From contig NW_003314336.1 of the NCBI RefSeq assembly GCF_000143415.4, forward strand, positions 658,853-722,852: DNA of 64,000 nucleotides, read 5' to 3'. How positions within the stretch are numbered: position 1 is the first letter of the stretch; every line of letters begins with the position of its first letter. This stretch comes from Selaginella moellendorffii (Eukaryota; Plantae; Lycopodiophyta). A program made the translations under genes and the position numbers. Below are positions 34,396 through 46,825 of the stretch, piece by piece. The notes under the pieces were generated by a model that was not told the origin of the DNA, ran no database searches, and was given only the letters and a program-made list of their open reading frames with translations.

Positions 34396-37300
34396 CGGCC
34401 TTCCATTATTTCGAGAGGAGGGGATGATGTGAGGGCCAAGTGTACGGCTACGATGCCGTATACTAATATTAGCGTAGTGGATTTTGGTAGCCGTCGGATT
34501 GGTTTCAATTCGGACCACTTGCTCCTGTATATAAGCTATGGTTTTTGGGCTAATTGAGATGCATATTTCTGTATTCCTTTTCCATATTCCATGCACTCAC
34601 AAAATTTGTTATGAAGTTTAGTTTTCAAAATGAATGTTTTAGAATTGTATAATACTAAGTGAAAGATGTTAACTTTTATGTGTTATATTTTATTTCAAGA
34701 ACTTTTAATATCTTCCATATTTATCTTTAATATTACCTTATACCTTATATTTACATTCATGCATTTTGAGAATAATATTGAAAATCAAATGTATTTTATT
34801 ATATATGATAAACATTTTTTAAATATATTTTTATATAGAGAGAATACTAATCACAAATAAGATTATTATCTCTAAATATTAATGTATTTATAATTCAAAT
34901 TAAGGCTTTATAACAATGTTATGAAAGCTGAAACTTTATAATGATAAATGAATGGTAAGGTTTCACTCTATACTGGGCTAAAGTAGGATTTGATGATATA
35001 TAATATTTTTTTATGCTTTATTTTATTAATATTAATAATTTTAATTCATTAATTTTATTTATGAAGTATGATGATTCTGAGATTCCAGCTCTGCTGGAAA
35101 TTATAGATTAAAATAAATATCAAAAACTTCCAAAATAAAATTTAATAATATTTTTAGTGATTTCTTTAGATATTACAATAATTGTTGAAAGTTATGGTAT
35201 ACTTGTAAAACTTTATATGAGTAATGGAGAGAGAGTATATTTGTTTGGAAAGAGTATGATTACTTTGGTTTACCCATTATCAGAGAAATTAAAGTAAGTT
35301 TTGATTTATTGGGGATGTGGTTTAGCTTTCAAAGTTTCTACAGACAGGTGCTTATCCATTACATTTCATAAAAGTGAAGTCATTGCTCTTGATATGGTAA
35401 TGGTTTGAAGTTTCTTTTTGTAGCCTCCTACAAAAAACTCTCAACTTGTCCAAATTTGATACTTATGTTAGCACTTAGGCTCTTAATGTTCTTAGAGGTT
35501 TCTCATGCAACTAAATTCAACAGGTGGTAAAGATCATTTGGAGAAATGGCTGTATACCTTTAAGTCAGTGATAGACCTTGCTATGATAATAATCCATGTC
35601 ATCATTGAAGTGTTTGTGGCTAAGAACTATACTCTTGGTTGAATCTAGTGCCACAGTCAATGCTCTGATCCTTTACACAGCATTCCTCACACAGCCTTGA
35701 TTGTGTCTGTAGGAAAATCTGGGATTCAACATCAATTTGTCTCTAGAGAAAAACAACTTTGCTGCTAGAAAAAAATAAAACCAACCAGCAGCTGGTGCTT
35801 CAATTTGGCTCTTCCAGGCCTTTTTGAGGGAGATAATAGTTCTTAGCTTCATTAATAAATTATATAGAGAAAATTGATGTTTCTATTTGTTTGTTTTGTA
35901 ATATGAACACCAGCAAAATGACTATCAGACTTGAGCATAAGAAACTTGCCTTGATGGCTCTTTTGTGCTTGTCTCAAAAGCAATTTCCCTTTACAAAGTG
36001 CAATTATTATATTTTCCCCTCTAAAATTTTAGATGGAATTTAAATGCAATTATTCTGGGATATGTTACAGTAATCTGGTGTGAGGATTTATGTGCCAAAT
36101 ACTTTCCAGCACCTATCTAACCTTTACATATTTTACTAATCTAAATAACTGGATAAATACAACATATAAAAATGATTTGCATGTATTATCAATAATTACA
36201 ACTCTATTCTGAATATAATCACATTAAAATGTTCATAAAAATATATGTATTTTAATTTCTAGCTATATTATAAACTGAAAGTTTCAAATATAACTATGAT
36301 TTAGTTTAATTTCCTAAGTTTTCACAACATAGAACATGCTCTAAAGAAGTTGTTGAATGAAAGAAATTTACAGCAGAATTCTGCTTATAAAATATTTGAA
36401 ATATGATCATTAGCCTAGCCCTTGTTCTATGCTTTGGAGTGCTATAGAATTGTAAGATTGTCTTGTAGGATATAACATTGCCTAGCAAAATGGCTTAAGT
36501 GGTTGATGCTTTATTAGTATCACAAGTGGCCATTGCATGTTGCACATTGTGAGGTACACATTCCATTTCGGACACATCTCAATGATGGTTGTGATCTTTT
36601 GCAGGTTCATTTTTCTTTGGTGGTTTCAGGGATTAGAGGGCTTGATTTGATCATTCTTCTTAAGCCAAGAGCAAATCAAATGAAATAGTAAGATGTAAAC
36701 CTTTTAGAAATCATATTTAGTAAGAAACTAAGTTGTAATTTAGGAGATAAATAAAAAGTTACATAAGGTTTAAATTTTTTTCATGGAATAGATTTGTCCT
36801 GAAAGAGGATAGCTTCAAGGTTAGCAAGCTTTTCCCCAAGAAATGAGGAAGAGAACTTGTAACATACCTCTCTCAGGAACTTTACGTAGGGCTTGACAAG
36901 CTTAAATTCTCTGTAAGATCTGTCCAGCATGAAGATCTAAGTTCCCTGGCCGACCTGAACTATAATAATGCCTCTAACTTTCATAGTTTACTAAAGAATA
37001 ATAGAATTTTTATTATGTGTCTGGTTTTACATTTAAAAATATACATAAGTAAATCTATCTAGATAAACCAGTACTAATGCTTTATGATAAAACTATGCAT
37101 TCCAATTTAAAAATACAATGAAGCTAAACTACACAAAGAAATTGAAGTAGTGGAGCTGTAGTTTGTTAATTTTTGAAGTGTTATAACAATTAGTTAGTGA
37201 ATCTGACTAATATATTATTGACACTAAATAATATAATGAAACTTCTAGCAATTATTTTGATACACATTTTATACTCAGGTTGATTAGATGTAATTACTTT

Positions 37301-38159
37301 TAATTTTACCTGGCTATTTAATTTTCGTATTTCCTTTTCCTTTAGTTCTTCATCTTTGAAATGCCAACAATTTTAAAAAAACCTTATTATTATAAATAAC
37401 TCTTCAAGAGAGCAATTGCGAATGGATATTTTTTAACTTTTTACATGAATGCACAGAGAAAAAAAATTGCAATACAAATCCATAAATCCTTATTAGGTTT
37501 AAGGATTTTCATAGAAAGATTAGGGTTTGTGAATTCTTCATGGTAATATCAACCAACACATTACACTAAAAGTACAATATATCATGCCTTAATTTTCTCT
37601 CTCTCTCTCTCTATATATATATTATATTTTTTATTTACATTTCTAAAAAATATACTTTGTTGTATAAAACTTATCATTTGTGAGTAAAGTGTTATTTTTT
37701 TTCATTTTATCCACTCTTCTTCACTATTATCTTCTATTATAAATTAGACTGTTCAAACCTAGATTTTAAATTACATAAAACTAAAACTTATAAAATTAGA
37801 TCTAACATACTACTATATACATGAATAATTAAAATATATTTTATATTGCAAGGATCACTGCTTCATTCAAACTCTATGAAATTTTTGGCTTTATTAAATA
37901 CTATAGAATGACATTATCTACATAAAATAAAAAATAAATAAATCTATTTTTAAAGAAAATTATTAAAAAATAGACATATTTTCAGCTGGGATTTATATCA
38001 CTTGTAACATGGATGTTTTGGAAAATACTAATCTTGAAGACTAAAATTTATTTAGCAAACTATTCTTAGTTTTAAAGATACTAAAATTTAATGTTATTTT
38101 ATTATGTCTTCCTTCAGATGGAGCTTCACTTTCTTCAACTTCTTTGATTCCTCTTACAG

Positions 38160-39165
38160 GTGGTTATGGAGCTGGGAGGCAATGCTCCATGCATAGTGGA
38201 AGATCTTGTTCCAGACTTGGAAGGTACAATCACTAGGTTGGTCCACGGGGGATTCTATCAAAGGGGCCAGTTGTGCATTCACATGCAGCGTCTTTACGTG
38301 AGAGGTGTCCTTTACAAGGAGGTATCAGACACTCATCTTTAAACTCTATCATATTCTTTGTTCTCAAATTGAGCCTTGATCTAACGTATCTGGTTCTGGT
38401 TGTGTAGGTGAAGGACGCATTGATCACTGCTGTTAAGAAACTCAAAGGTGGAGATCCTCACCAAGACGATACGTCCATCGGGCCCATGATATCCGAGTCG
38501 TCAGCAGCTACAGTGGAGAAGAGCGTGAACAAGGCAGTGAAGGCTGCTGCCAAACTTCTAGTTGGTGGTAAGCAAAGGGGAGCTTTCATGGAGCGAACGA
38601 TCCTGGAAGACGCTTCCTTTGACATGGATGCAAGGAAGGAAGAGATTTTCGGTCCTGTGATCCTTTTCTACTCATACAAGTAAGCTCTCAAAGTTTCTTA
38701 GCTCCCGAAGTTCTTCTTTACTTCCTTTGTTTTTTCTCTAAACGAAAACGGTGGTGATTTCAAGGAAGCTGTGAAGGAAGCTATCAACACGCATTACAGT
38801 CTCCAAGTCGGCGTCTTTATGCATACGAGGACATGGCAATGATTTGTGGATAGACTGTATTTACTCTTCTCGAAAGCTCAAGCTCGAGCTTGATCAAAAG
38901 TAAGACACGTTGCCTACATTGCGCATGACTAAAACTTTGGTTTCGAGCATGTTGTCCATTGCGTACTTGACACCCTCTTGTTGGATTCCAGAGTCTTTGA
39001 TCCCACTGTATCACTGACTATCAATGCGCATGCTTGGCGAATTGTTGAGGCAAACTCCTCCAGCCTGTGAGGATCAAATAATCATCAAACAATCGATCAA
39101 TACTTTCTATATCTCAAACGCAAAGCTACCTCTATGTGCTCAAATGCATAGAAGGCCTTGTTGCT
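38160..39165 (+). pseudogene. ALDH21-like aldehyde dehydrogenase 3' half; last two exons inverted (minus strand)
   Basis: MELGGNAP, GGFYQRGQLCIHMQR and EEIFGPV on + with GT-AG introns; NKAFYAFEHIE and GGVCLNNSPSMRID..GIKDSG..EGVKYAM on minus at 39165-38894. Confidence 0.85.
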
Positions 39166-40050
39166 TGCTCAGTCTCTAGCACCATCAACCTTTTACCTTT
39201 AGGATGGAGAATGCTTATCTATAAGCTCCTGGGAGAAGGTCCATAGCTTGAAGTGCTACAGTTGGATTTTTTGGAATCCACGACGTATTGCTCGGTGACG
39301 TCCTTGAGGCTTGGATGTAAAGCCATGTAGCACGTCATAGCATCACCCAAGATCGATCACATATTAGTCACGAAAAGCTTCCAGATAATTGAGAGAATTC
39401 TTCTTACCTGTGTGCCACATTTTTCCAAAGGAAGCTGGAGAAGAACTTGAAAACCCCTGCATGATAAGAAACCGAAAGCTCGCTCAGTCTCCAGCACCAT
39501 CAACCTTTTACCTTTAGGACAGAGAATGCTTGTCTATAAGCTCCTGGGAGAAGGTCCATAGCTTGTGAGCGAGCTCAGATCTCTGCCATAAGCGCTACAG
39601 TTGGATTTGTTGGAATCCACGAAGTATTTCCTGGTGATGTCCTTGAGGCTTGGATGTAAAGATGTGTAGCACATTGTAGCAGTGCCCTGAGAGATCAATC
39701 ACGTATTAGTCATGAAAACTTCCAGATAATTGGGAGAATTTTTCTTACCTGTGCCACTTTTTTAGTGCCCTGAGAGATTGATCACATATTAGTCACGAAA
39801 TTTCCAGATAATTCTTCTTACCTGTGGCACATTTTTCCAGAGGAAGCTGGAGAAGAACTTGAGAACCCTGCCTAAAGATTAAAGCTCCATATAAGTAACC
39901 AAAAACAATGACGAGGCAAAGAGACAAACTCACTATGTAGAATGTGTACTACATCAAAGGTGTCATTATAAACCCCAGATGAGCAGCATTGGTTGTGATG
40001 TCAACTCCTTCAGCCTAATCATGCATGGGCAACCAAATCTTTGCCTTCTC
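39166..40050 (-). pseudogene. Tic32-like short-chain dehydrogenase 3' fragments, tandemly duplicated
   Basis: FLWKNVPQ, ATMCYTSLHPSLKDITRKYFVDSN, LAHKLWTFSQELI; ~310-bp duplication (39165-39470 vs 39480-39870). Confidence 0.72.
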
Positions 40051-40139
40051 CATGCTCTATGCTCATCTCACCACACACAAACACACACACATAGAGTACC
40101 CTCCCACAAGTGATTATTGATGCTCTCTAATCCATAGTG

Positions 40140-40141
<2 letters not shown>

Positions 40142-40179
<38 letters not shown>
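40142..40179. repeat. (TA)n microsatellite
   Basis: Directly visible. Confidence 0.95.
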
Positions 40180-40182
<3 letters not shown>

Positions 40183-40219
40183 GTTGATTAAATCATACCA
40201 CATGTTGATTAACATTTAA

Positions 40220-40541
40220 TTAGTCTAATTTGCTCCCACTGGGCTTGACCCAAGGGGTAAGGTGTCAAGAGACTAGGGCTCTTGGGAGAGCTGCGGCTCT
40301 CAGCTTCCGTTCATGAGGGCGTGAATTTATAGGGAAGCGTGGTAGATTGTAAGCAACCAAAGAAAATAACTTGAGAGACAATCTATGAAGTTCAAATATA
40401 AAGGGAAAGGGCCTATGAATAAGAGTGCACCTCTTTTTCCAATTGATTAATGGTTTTGAGATATTTAGAGTTAAACATCCTTGAGTTTGAATAGTACTGG
40501 GTTGGGTGACCTCCCGGGAAGTCCAAACTCAGGAGCTCACA
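40220..40541 (+). mobile_element. Short LTR carrying a 5S rRNA-derived segment (40469-40524)
   Basis: AGTTAA...TAGTACTGGGTTGGGTGACCTCCCGGGAAGTCC resembles plant 5S box A to box C; homologous to 43684-44014. Confidence 0.8.
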
Positions 40542-41955
40542 TACATATTTTACTATAGTAATTATTTTAACTTTATTTACTTTGACATTAAATTATTATC
40601 TTTAAATATAGTTGCCATATACCAACTTTGTATGTGCAAATTTAATAATACAGTATCAAATCAATGAAATACTATTTTCTCATATGCAATTTAAAAAATC
40701 ATATAAATTTTAAGAACCTAATTTTTTTTCTAAAACTTCAAATCTTAAATACCTTTGCTTTAACTCCATAATTTGAAGCTTAATTTTTTGAGTAAATATA
40801 ATTACAGTCCATCTGATTTGATTATTCCTCTCAATTGTAAACTTGTATAGAATTTTAATCTTATTCAATTTTATGAGCTTAAAAAAAATTTAGCTGTACA
40901 ACTGCAATTGGTTTTTGTATATACATCTTTATCCATTATACATAATTATTAATGATTATGTGTCATGAGTACATTATAATGAATTGATAAGTTTTATATA
41001 ATGTCACAATAATAATTAGATTAGTTGAGCTACTTTATAGATGATTTCTAGTTATATAAATATCCAAAGATATATAAGGAAAAATTTATATTATTCCTAA
41101 GATCTTAAAGTCATTCCCTTATTGGCCTCTTTTTATCCACCATATTACCTATACATTCACGTATGAACTAAGGTGGAAAGTCATGCCCTTTCGACATGCT
41201 ATTCCTTGAGGATAGACCCACTTTTGGGAGCTTTTAATGCCAATGCAAGTCGTGATATACTTGATTACCATTAATAGTCAAACTAAGGAATAGCTCCGAT
41301 ACCAAATTGTCAGGGACTAAATTTTCCATTCTACTTTAGTGACTTTACCACACTTCCGATCACTTGGAGGAGTCTCACTCACAACTTCCATATATTCTAT
41401 TCAATTAGCCTTTACACTTGGTCCAAGTGTTCCACATGTCCAATCCCATGACTGACACCTAAAGGTACTATTGACATATTGGCCCATTATGTTAATGCCA
41501 TGCCTATTCACCCTTGTTACATCAGTAGTCCAAGATCACCTACATCACCATCCTATCTCTCAAAAACTAGGTTATCCATCCATAAGTGGTCATCTCTTGA
41601 CCACATCATAGCATCCTTAGGATGCCTGAAGACATAAGGAACACCATTCCCCAATATCTCTTCTTCAGTTCCCACTAAGTCCTTTATCACATCAGTAGTC
41701 CAAAATCACCTACATCACCATCCCATCTCTGAAAGACTAGGCTATCCATCCATAAGTGGTCATCCCTTAACCACATCTTATCATCCTTAGGATGTCCAAA
41801 GACATAAAGAACACCATTCCCCAATATTTCTTCTTCAGTTCCAACCAAGTCCCTATCTATGGCCGTGCTTGCCAACATGGAAGGCCCGAACGTTTGACCA
41901 TTAAGTCCCATTGACCTTTGGGACTTCCTCATCATGTGATCGTATCCTTAGTCAT

Positions 41956-43535
41956 TGTGAGACACAAAATCCCTAGGCCCCAAAGTGGAGCTAGAAGGGC
42001 ACCACGTGGTAGTGGCCGAGATGGACTAAAAGCATTTGGACTAAAAGCTCCGACTTGAAAGGTCAATGGAACTCCCAACAAAGTGCTTGAGGAACAAGCA
42101 CAAAGCAAGCAATAAGTGAAGCTCCAAAAAAGGACCCAAAAGGACCAACACATGACACGTGGAAGTGTCCGAGATGGACTGAGATGGAGTTCGAGATGGA
42201 GTCCAAGATGGACCGAGACAGAGTCCGAGATGGAGTCTGAGATGGACCGAGACAGAGTCCGAGATGGAGTCCGAGATGGACTGAGACAGAGTCCGAGATG
42301 GAGTCTGAGATGGAGTCCAAGATGGACTAAGACGGAGTCCGAGATGGAGTCCGAGATGGACTGAGATGGAGTTTGAGATGGAGTCCGAGATGGACCCGAG
42401 ATGGAATCCGAGATGGAGTCCGAAGTCGAGACTGAGACTGGGACCGAGACTGAGATTGAGATCAAGATCAGGACTGAGACCGAGACCGAGGCCGAGGCCG
42501 AGGCCTAGCCCGAGCCTGAGTCCGAGTCCAAGTCCGAGTCTGAATTTGAGAGGGTGAAAGCCCAAAGCATTCATCTCCTAGACCCTAAGGGGTTTGGTGA
42601 GCTCCAAAAGTATAGTAAGGGGGAGGACTGCAGTGGAGCTAGTTTGGCCAGGAAAGGCCAGTTTGGCCCGGGAAGGCTGTACCCAATGTTGGGTGATGAG
42701 CTGCCCACTGGGAAGTCCAAGACTAGAGTGAACACAGACCGACAAGCAGGGTAGCTTGGTGAAGTGTTCAAGAGCCGGCTCTAGTTCCTCCGGGAGATCG
42801 ACTAACCGATGCTCCCAGTCCAAGTATGGGTGGCACTACCTACTTGGATACCTGGCATGACTCAATGGAACCTCGCTCTAAGCCCATAGCTAAAGCACCC
42901 AAAGGCGGAAGGCGGGGAGAGTACCCATGAGGCTCGCGTAAGGCCATGGTGTTCCGAAATGTTGTTCCAAAGTCCCAGAATATGAAAAGGAGGAGGAGCC
43001 ATCCTCTAGCGTAGAGACCAAGGATACGGTCATGTGAGGAGGTAGCCCCAGAGGACCAAGGGATTTAGTGGTCAGGCTTATGGGCCTTGATTCAGTAGCA
43101 GTCTTGGTGAACACGGCCATGGACAAAAGGGGACTTGGTGGGGACTGGAAATGGGATATTGGGGAAGGCTAATCCTCATGTTTGTGGGCGCTAAGGAAGG
43201 GATCAGGGATGATCACTCATGGATAGATGGCCCAGTCTTTGAGAAATGGGACTGTGATGCAGGTGGTGTTAAACCACCAGTGTGACCAAGGTGAAGGGGC
43301 ATGGCCTTAGCGTAACAGGCTGATATGTTGATAATACCTTGGGGTGTCGGTCTTGGGATCAGACACGTGGAGCACTTGGACCAAGTGCAAAGGTTGAGTG
43401 GCATGGATGCCATTCTCAGGGCTAGCAAGCCCCAAGTCCTGAATGGGACTTATAGAGGTTATGAATGAGACTCCTCCAAGTGGTCGGAGGTGCGGTTAAG
43501 TGACTAAAGTAGAATGGAAAAATTAGTCGTTTACA
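41956..43535 (+). mobile_element. Solo LTR (1.58 kb, family B)
   Basis: TG...CA ends; TSD GTCAT/GTCAC; hexamer array at 42168-42545. Confidence 0.88.
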
Positions 43536-43683
43536 GTCACTACACAAGAAGATTATTCCTCTTCCTTTCCACAGTCTGGGACTTTGGGATGACATTTTGA
43601 AACACCATAACCCTATGTGAGCTTTGTAAATACTCTCCCCACCTTCCGCCCTTAAGTGCCCTATTTATGTGGCTAGAGCAAAG

Positions 43684-44014
43684 TGTAAGCTCCTGAGTTT
43701 GGACTTCCCGAGAGGTCACCCAACCTAGTACTATTCAAACTCAGGACATTTAACCCCAAATATCCCAAGACCCTTAACCAATTGGAAAAGGGGGTACACT
43801 ATTATTCATGGGCCCTTTCCCTTTATATTTGAACCTCATGGACCATCTCTCAAGTTGTTCTCTTTGGTTGTTTACAATCCACCACACTTCTCTGTAAGTT
43901 CACACCCTTGTAAATGGAAGTTGAGAGCCAAAGCTCTCCTAAGAGCCCCGCTCTCTTGACCCTACCCCTCGGGTTGAGCCCAGCAGAAGCAAACTGGACT
44001 AGCCAATGCTTACA
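43684..44014 (-). mobile_element. 331-bp solo LTR with 5S-derived Pol III promoter (Cassandra-like)
   Basis: Termini TGTAAGC...GCTTACA; 5S-like segment at ~43701-43756; flanks CCTCA/CTTTG are consistent with a decayed CCTCG TSD read from the uninterrupted LTR copy. Confidence 0.82.
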
Positions 44015-45005
44015 TGAGGTTTCAATAAGGCACATTAGGTATCCAAGTAGGTAGTGCCACCCATACTTAGATTGGGAACATCAACCATCCGATCTCTTAG
44101 AGGAGCTAAAGCTAGCTTTTGGTCTACCCACGAGAAGGAATTGTTTGCAATGGTCAAGGCGCTCAAGGAGTGGCAATACTACCTTGGGAGACACTTCAAA
44201 GTTTACACTCAAGCTACCCCACTTGTCTATCTGTATTCACTTTAGCCTTGGACTTTTTAATGGTTATATCATCACCAACACGTGGGTATAACCTTCCTTG
44301 GTCACACTAACCTTTCTTGTCCAAATTGGCTCCACTAGAGTCCTCCCCCCCTACTATAATTTTGGAGCTCATCAAACCCCCTAGGGTTTGGGAGACGATC
44401 GCTTTGGGCTTTGATCCTCAGACTCAGATTTGGACTTGAACTTGGACTTGGACTTGGTCTCAGACCCAGTCTCGGACTTGGACTCAGACTTGGTCTTGGT
44501 CTCAGTCTCGGTCTTGGTCTCGGTCTCCGTCTTGACCTCGGACTCCATCTTGGGTCCATCTCGGACTCAACCTTGGACTCCATCTCAGGTCCATCTCAGA
44601 CTCCATCTTAGGTCAATCTCAGACTCCATCTCAAGTCCATCTCAGACTTCATCTTGAACTCCATCTTATGTCCATCTCGGACTCCATCTCGGGTCCATAT
44701 TAGGTCCATCTCGAGTCTATATTGGACTCCTTCTTGGACTCCTTTTCGGACTCATTCCTGACACTTCTACATGTCATTACGCTTGTCATATGTTAGTCCT
44801 TTTTATGTCCCTTTTTAGAAACTCATTCACCAATTACTTTGTACTCATCCCTTATGCACTTCATTTGAAGTTCCACTCCCACTCTCAACTTTTCAAGTTG
44901 GAGCCTTTAGTCCAAACATGTTACACTTATTGAACTTCCACTTCAACCATTGCCATATGGCACCCTTTCTGCTCCACTTTGGGGCTTAGGGATTTGTGTC
45001 TCACA

Positions 45006-45400
45006 AGTGGTTGTGGATTGGTTGTCAAAGATTGCAAACATCATTTTAACTGTGAAAATAGTGAATGTGAAGCAAGTAGCAAAGCTCTTTTTCCATGAAG
45101 TGGTACGAATTTGTGGTCTTTCTAAAGAGATGATCTCGGATAGAGATTCAAGATTTACAAGGAAGTTTTAGGGCACACTATTCCAATTATTCAGTACCAA
45201 ATTGAAGTTTAGTACAGCTTATCATCCTCAAACTGATGAGCAAATCAAATGTGTGGATGCTCAAGTTGAGAATTATCTATAGTAATATATCATAACAGAG
45301 CAATACAATTAGATTGAGCATTTAGACACAATAAAAATCTGTTATAATAACACATTTCACAATGCTATTGGTTATTTTCCATGGGAGATGCTGCTTGTGG
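45006..45400 (+). pseudogene. Gypsy integrase fragment
   Basis: VVVDWLSK, MISDRDSRFT, FSTAYHPQTD; stops. Confidence 0.85.
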
Positions 45401-45971
45401 GGTTCCTTAACAGATTATTATACCGAAACCAATGTCCAAAGTGTTAGTCCCAGCCATTGAGACTTATGCAGAGCAACTATGCTAAGGTTGGTCTAGAGCT
45501 ACTGAGGTGATAGGCAAACCTCAACAAGTTGTGAATGGTGACCCTAAGTATCTACACAAATCTAAACACTCCTTAGGAACAACCAAAATTGCTCCTCATC
45601 TCCATCAATATGGATGCATAGAATATAAAAGTGTATTTGATTAACCCAAACAACTCATATACAAGAGTGAATGGTTTAAATTGAAACTAATCCAATGGCA
45701 ATATAAGTCCCACTATGCTAATAATAGTAAACAACATCATAGCTATAAAACTCATATAAAAAAACAATAATCCTTTGTAAATATTTCTAAATCTTATAAA
45801 TTTATTAAGAAAAAATAAAGCTTTTGTTTATCAATTAATCAAAGCACTCCTAAAAGATGTCAATCTCAACCTTTAATAAAATATCTTTAATATTTTTACT
45901 TTAATTTCTTTGAGACTGTTTGGAGGATAAAGCTAAATAAAGCTAAATAAATAACCCTAAATAAATCTTTT

Positions 45972-46825
45972 TCTATACTAATAAAAAATTATTAGAAGGC
46001 ATTAAATCTGTGATTAACACAACTCCCCAAATTAACAAAGTTAAATTGATATAACTTGGAAATAAGACAATCCATGCCATTAGAATCAATCATTCTTTCC
46101 ATAATAGCCATATTAATCATTGCAAACATGTGCTCTAAGAGAAAAGCTTTTCATATAGCTGTAAAATAATGGCTAATCCAAAAGAAAACACATGGTTCTC
46201 AAAAGCATTTCTGATATCTTTTTCTTTTTTTTTATGAAAATAAGCCTAGTGTTTATTTAAACTACTCAAGTAGGAGAGAATTCGACTTTTATACTGATTA
46301 CTTTCTAGCTTAAGTATATATAAATTGCTATTTGCCATTGCTAGAGAAAAATATGTGTGTGTGTGTGTGTAAATATGCTCAAGACAACCTTATAGGTGAA
46401 TGGTAAATCAAGACATTGATAGTTTTCTCAAATTCTTATTACAAAATGTTATTTCTAAGTTGGTCATAAAGTACACTTTACTATATATAAATCCTACATA
46501 CAACTAACTAACCAATAACAGAAACTTATTCTTTTTGATATCTAACTACTCTTTAGTGTAATTTAATGATTCATACTCACTATATAACTATAGCTCAAAG
46601 CTTGCTTTTAAAGAATGAATCCAATATTGCGTTTATAACTAATGTTTCATCTTTGATCCATAACAGTTTGTTGCTATAAACTATTGAGCATTTCTTCAAT
46701 CCAATATATATTTTCTATAATGCCATTCAGTAAATTTTTTTATGAATGTAATAAAAATTGTAGCTTAAATAATCTATTATTCTTTGGTGTACTATCTCCC
46801 CTAGTGGAGTTGGGATCCCAGCTAG
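45972..46825 (+). mobile_element. Putative non-autonomous Helitron
   Basis: 5' TCTATACTAATAAAA; 3' degenerate hairpin then CTAG-T at 46822-46826; AT-rich interior. Confidence 0.45.

Larger units (their letters stand above)
29596..34601 (+). mobile_element. Full-length Ty3/gypsy retrotransposon with 174-bp LTRs (29596-29769, 34428-34601) and no chromodomain
   Basis: TG...CA LTRs with 5 mismatches; PBS TGGTGGAGATGAGGGG at 29771; PPT at 34413-34427; gag-PR-RT-RH-INT order; flanks AAAC/AAAT. Confidence 0.96.
41293..45005 (-). mobile_element. 5' LTR of gypsy family B (41308-45005 including nested insertions) with Met PBS
   Basis: PBS reverse complement GCTCCGATACCA at 41293-41304; homologous to 41956-43535; internal ~170-bp tandem duplication at 41515-41855. 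Confidence 0.8.

Noticed and set aside
11725-40050. Biosynthetic gene cluster (FAAL, P450s, ALDH, SDR)
   Set aside because: Only the FAAL is intact; the others are truncated fragments scattered among transposons.
40469-40524. 5S rRNA gene
   Set aside because: Only the internal promoter region is present, diverged and embedded in an LTR; the 5' and 3' ends of 5S are missing.
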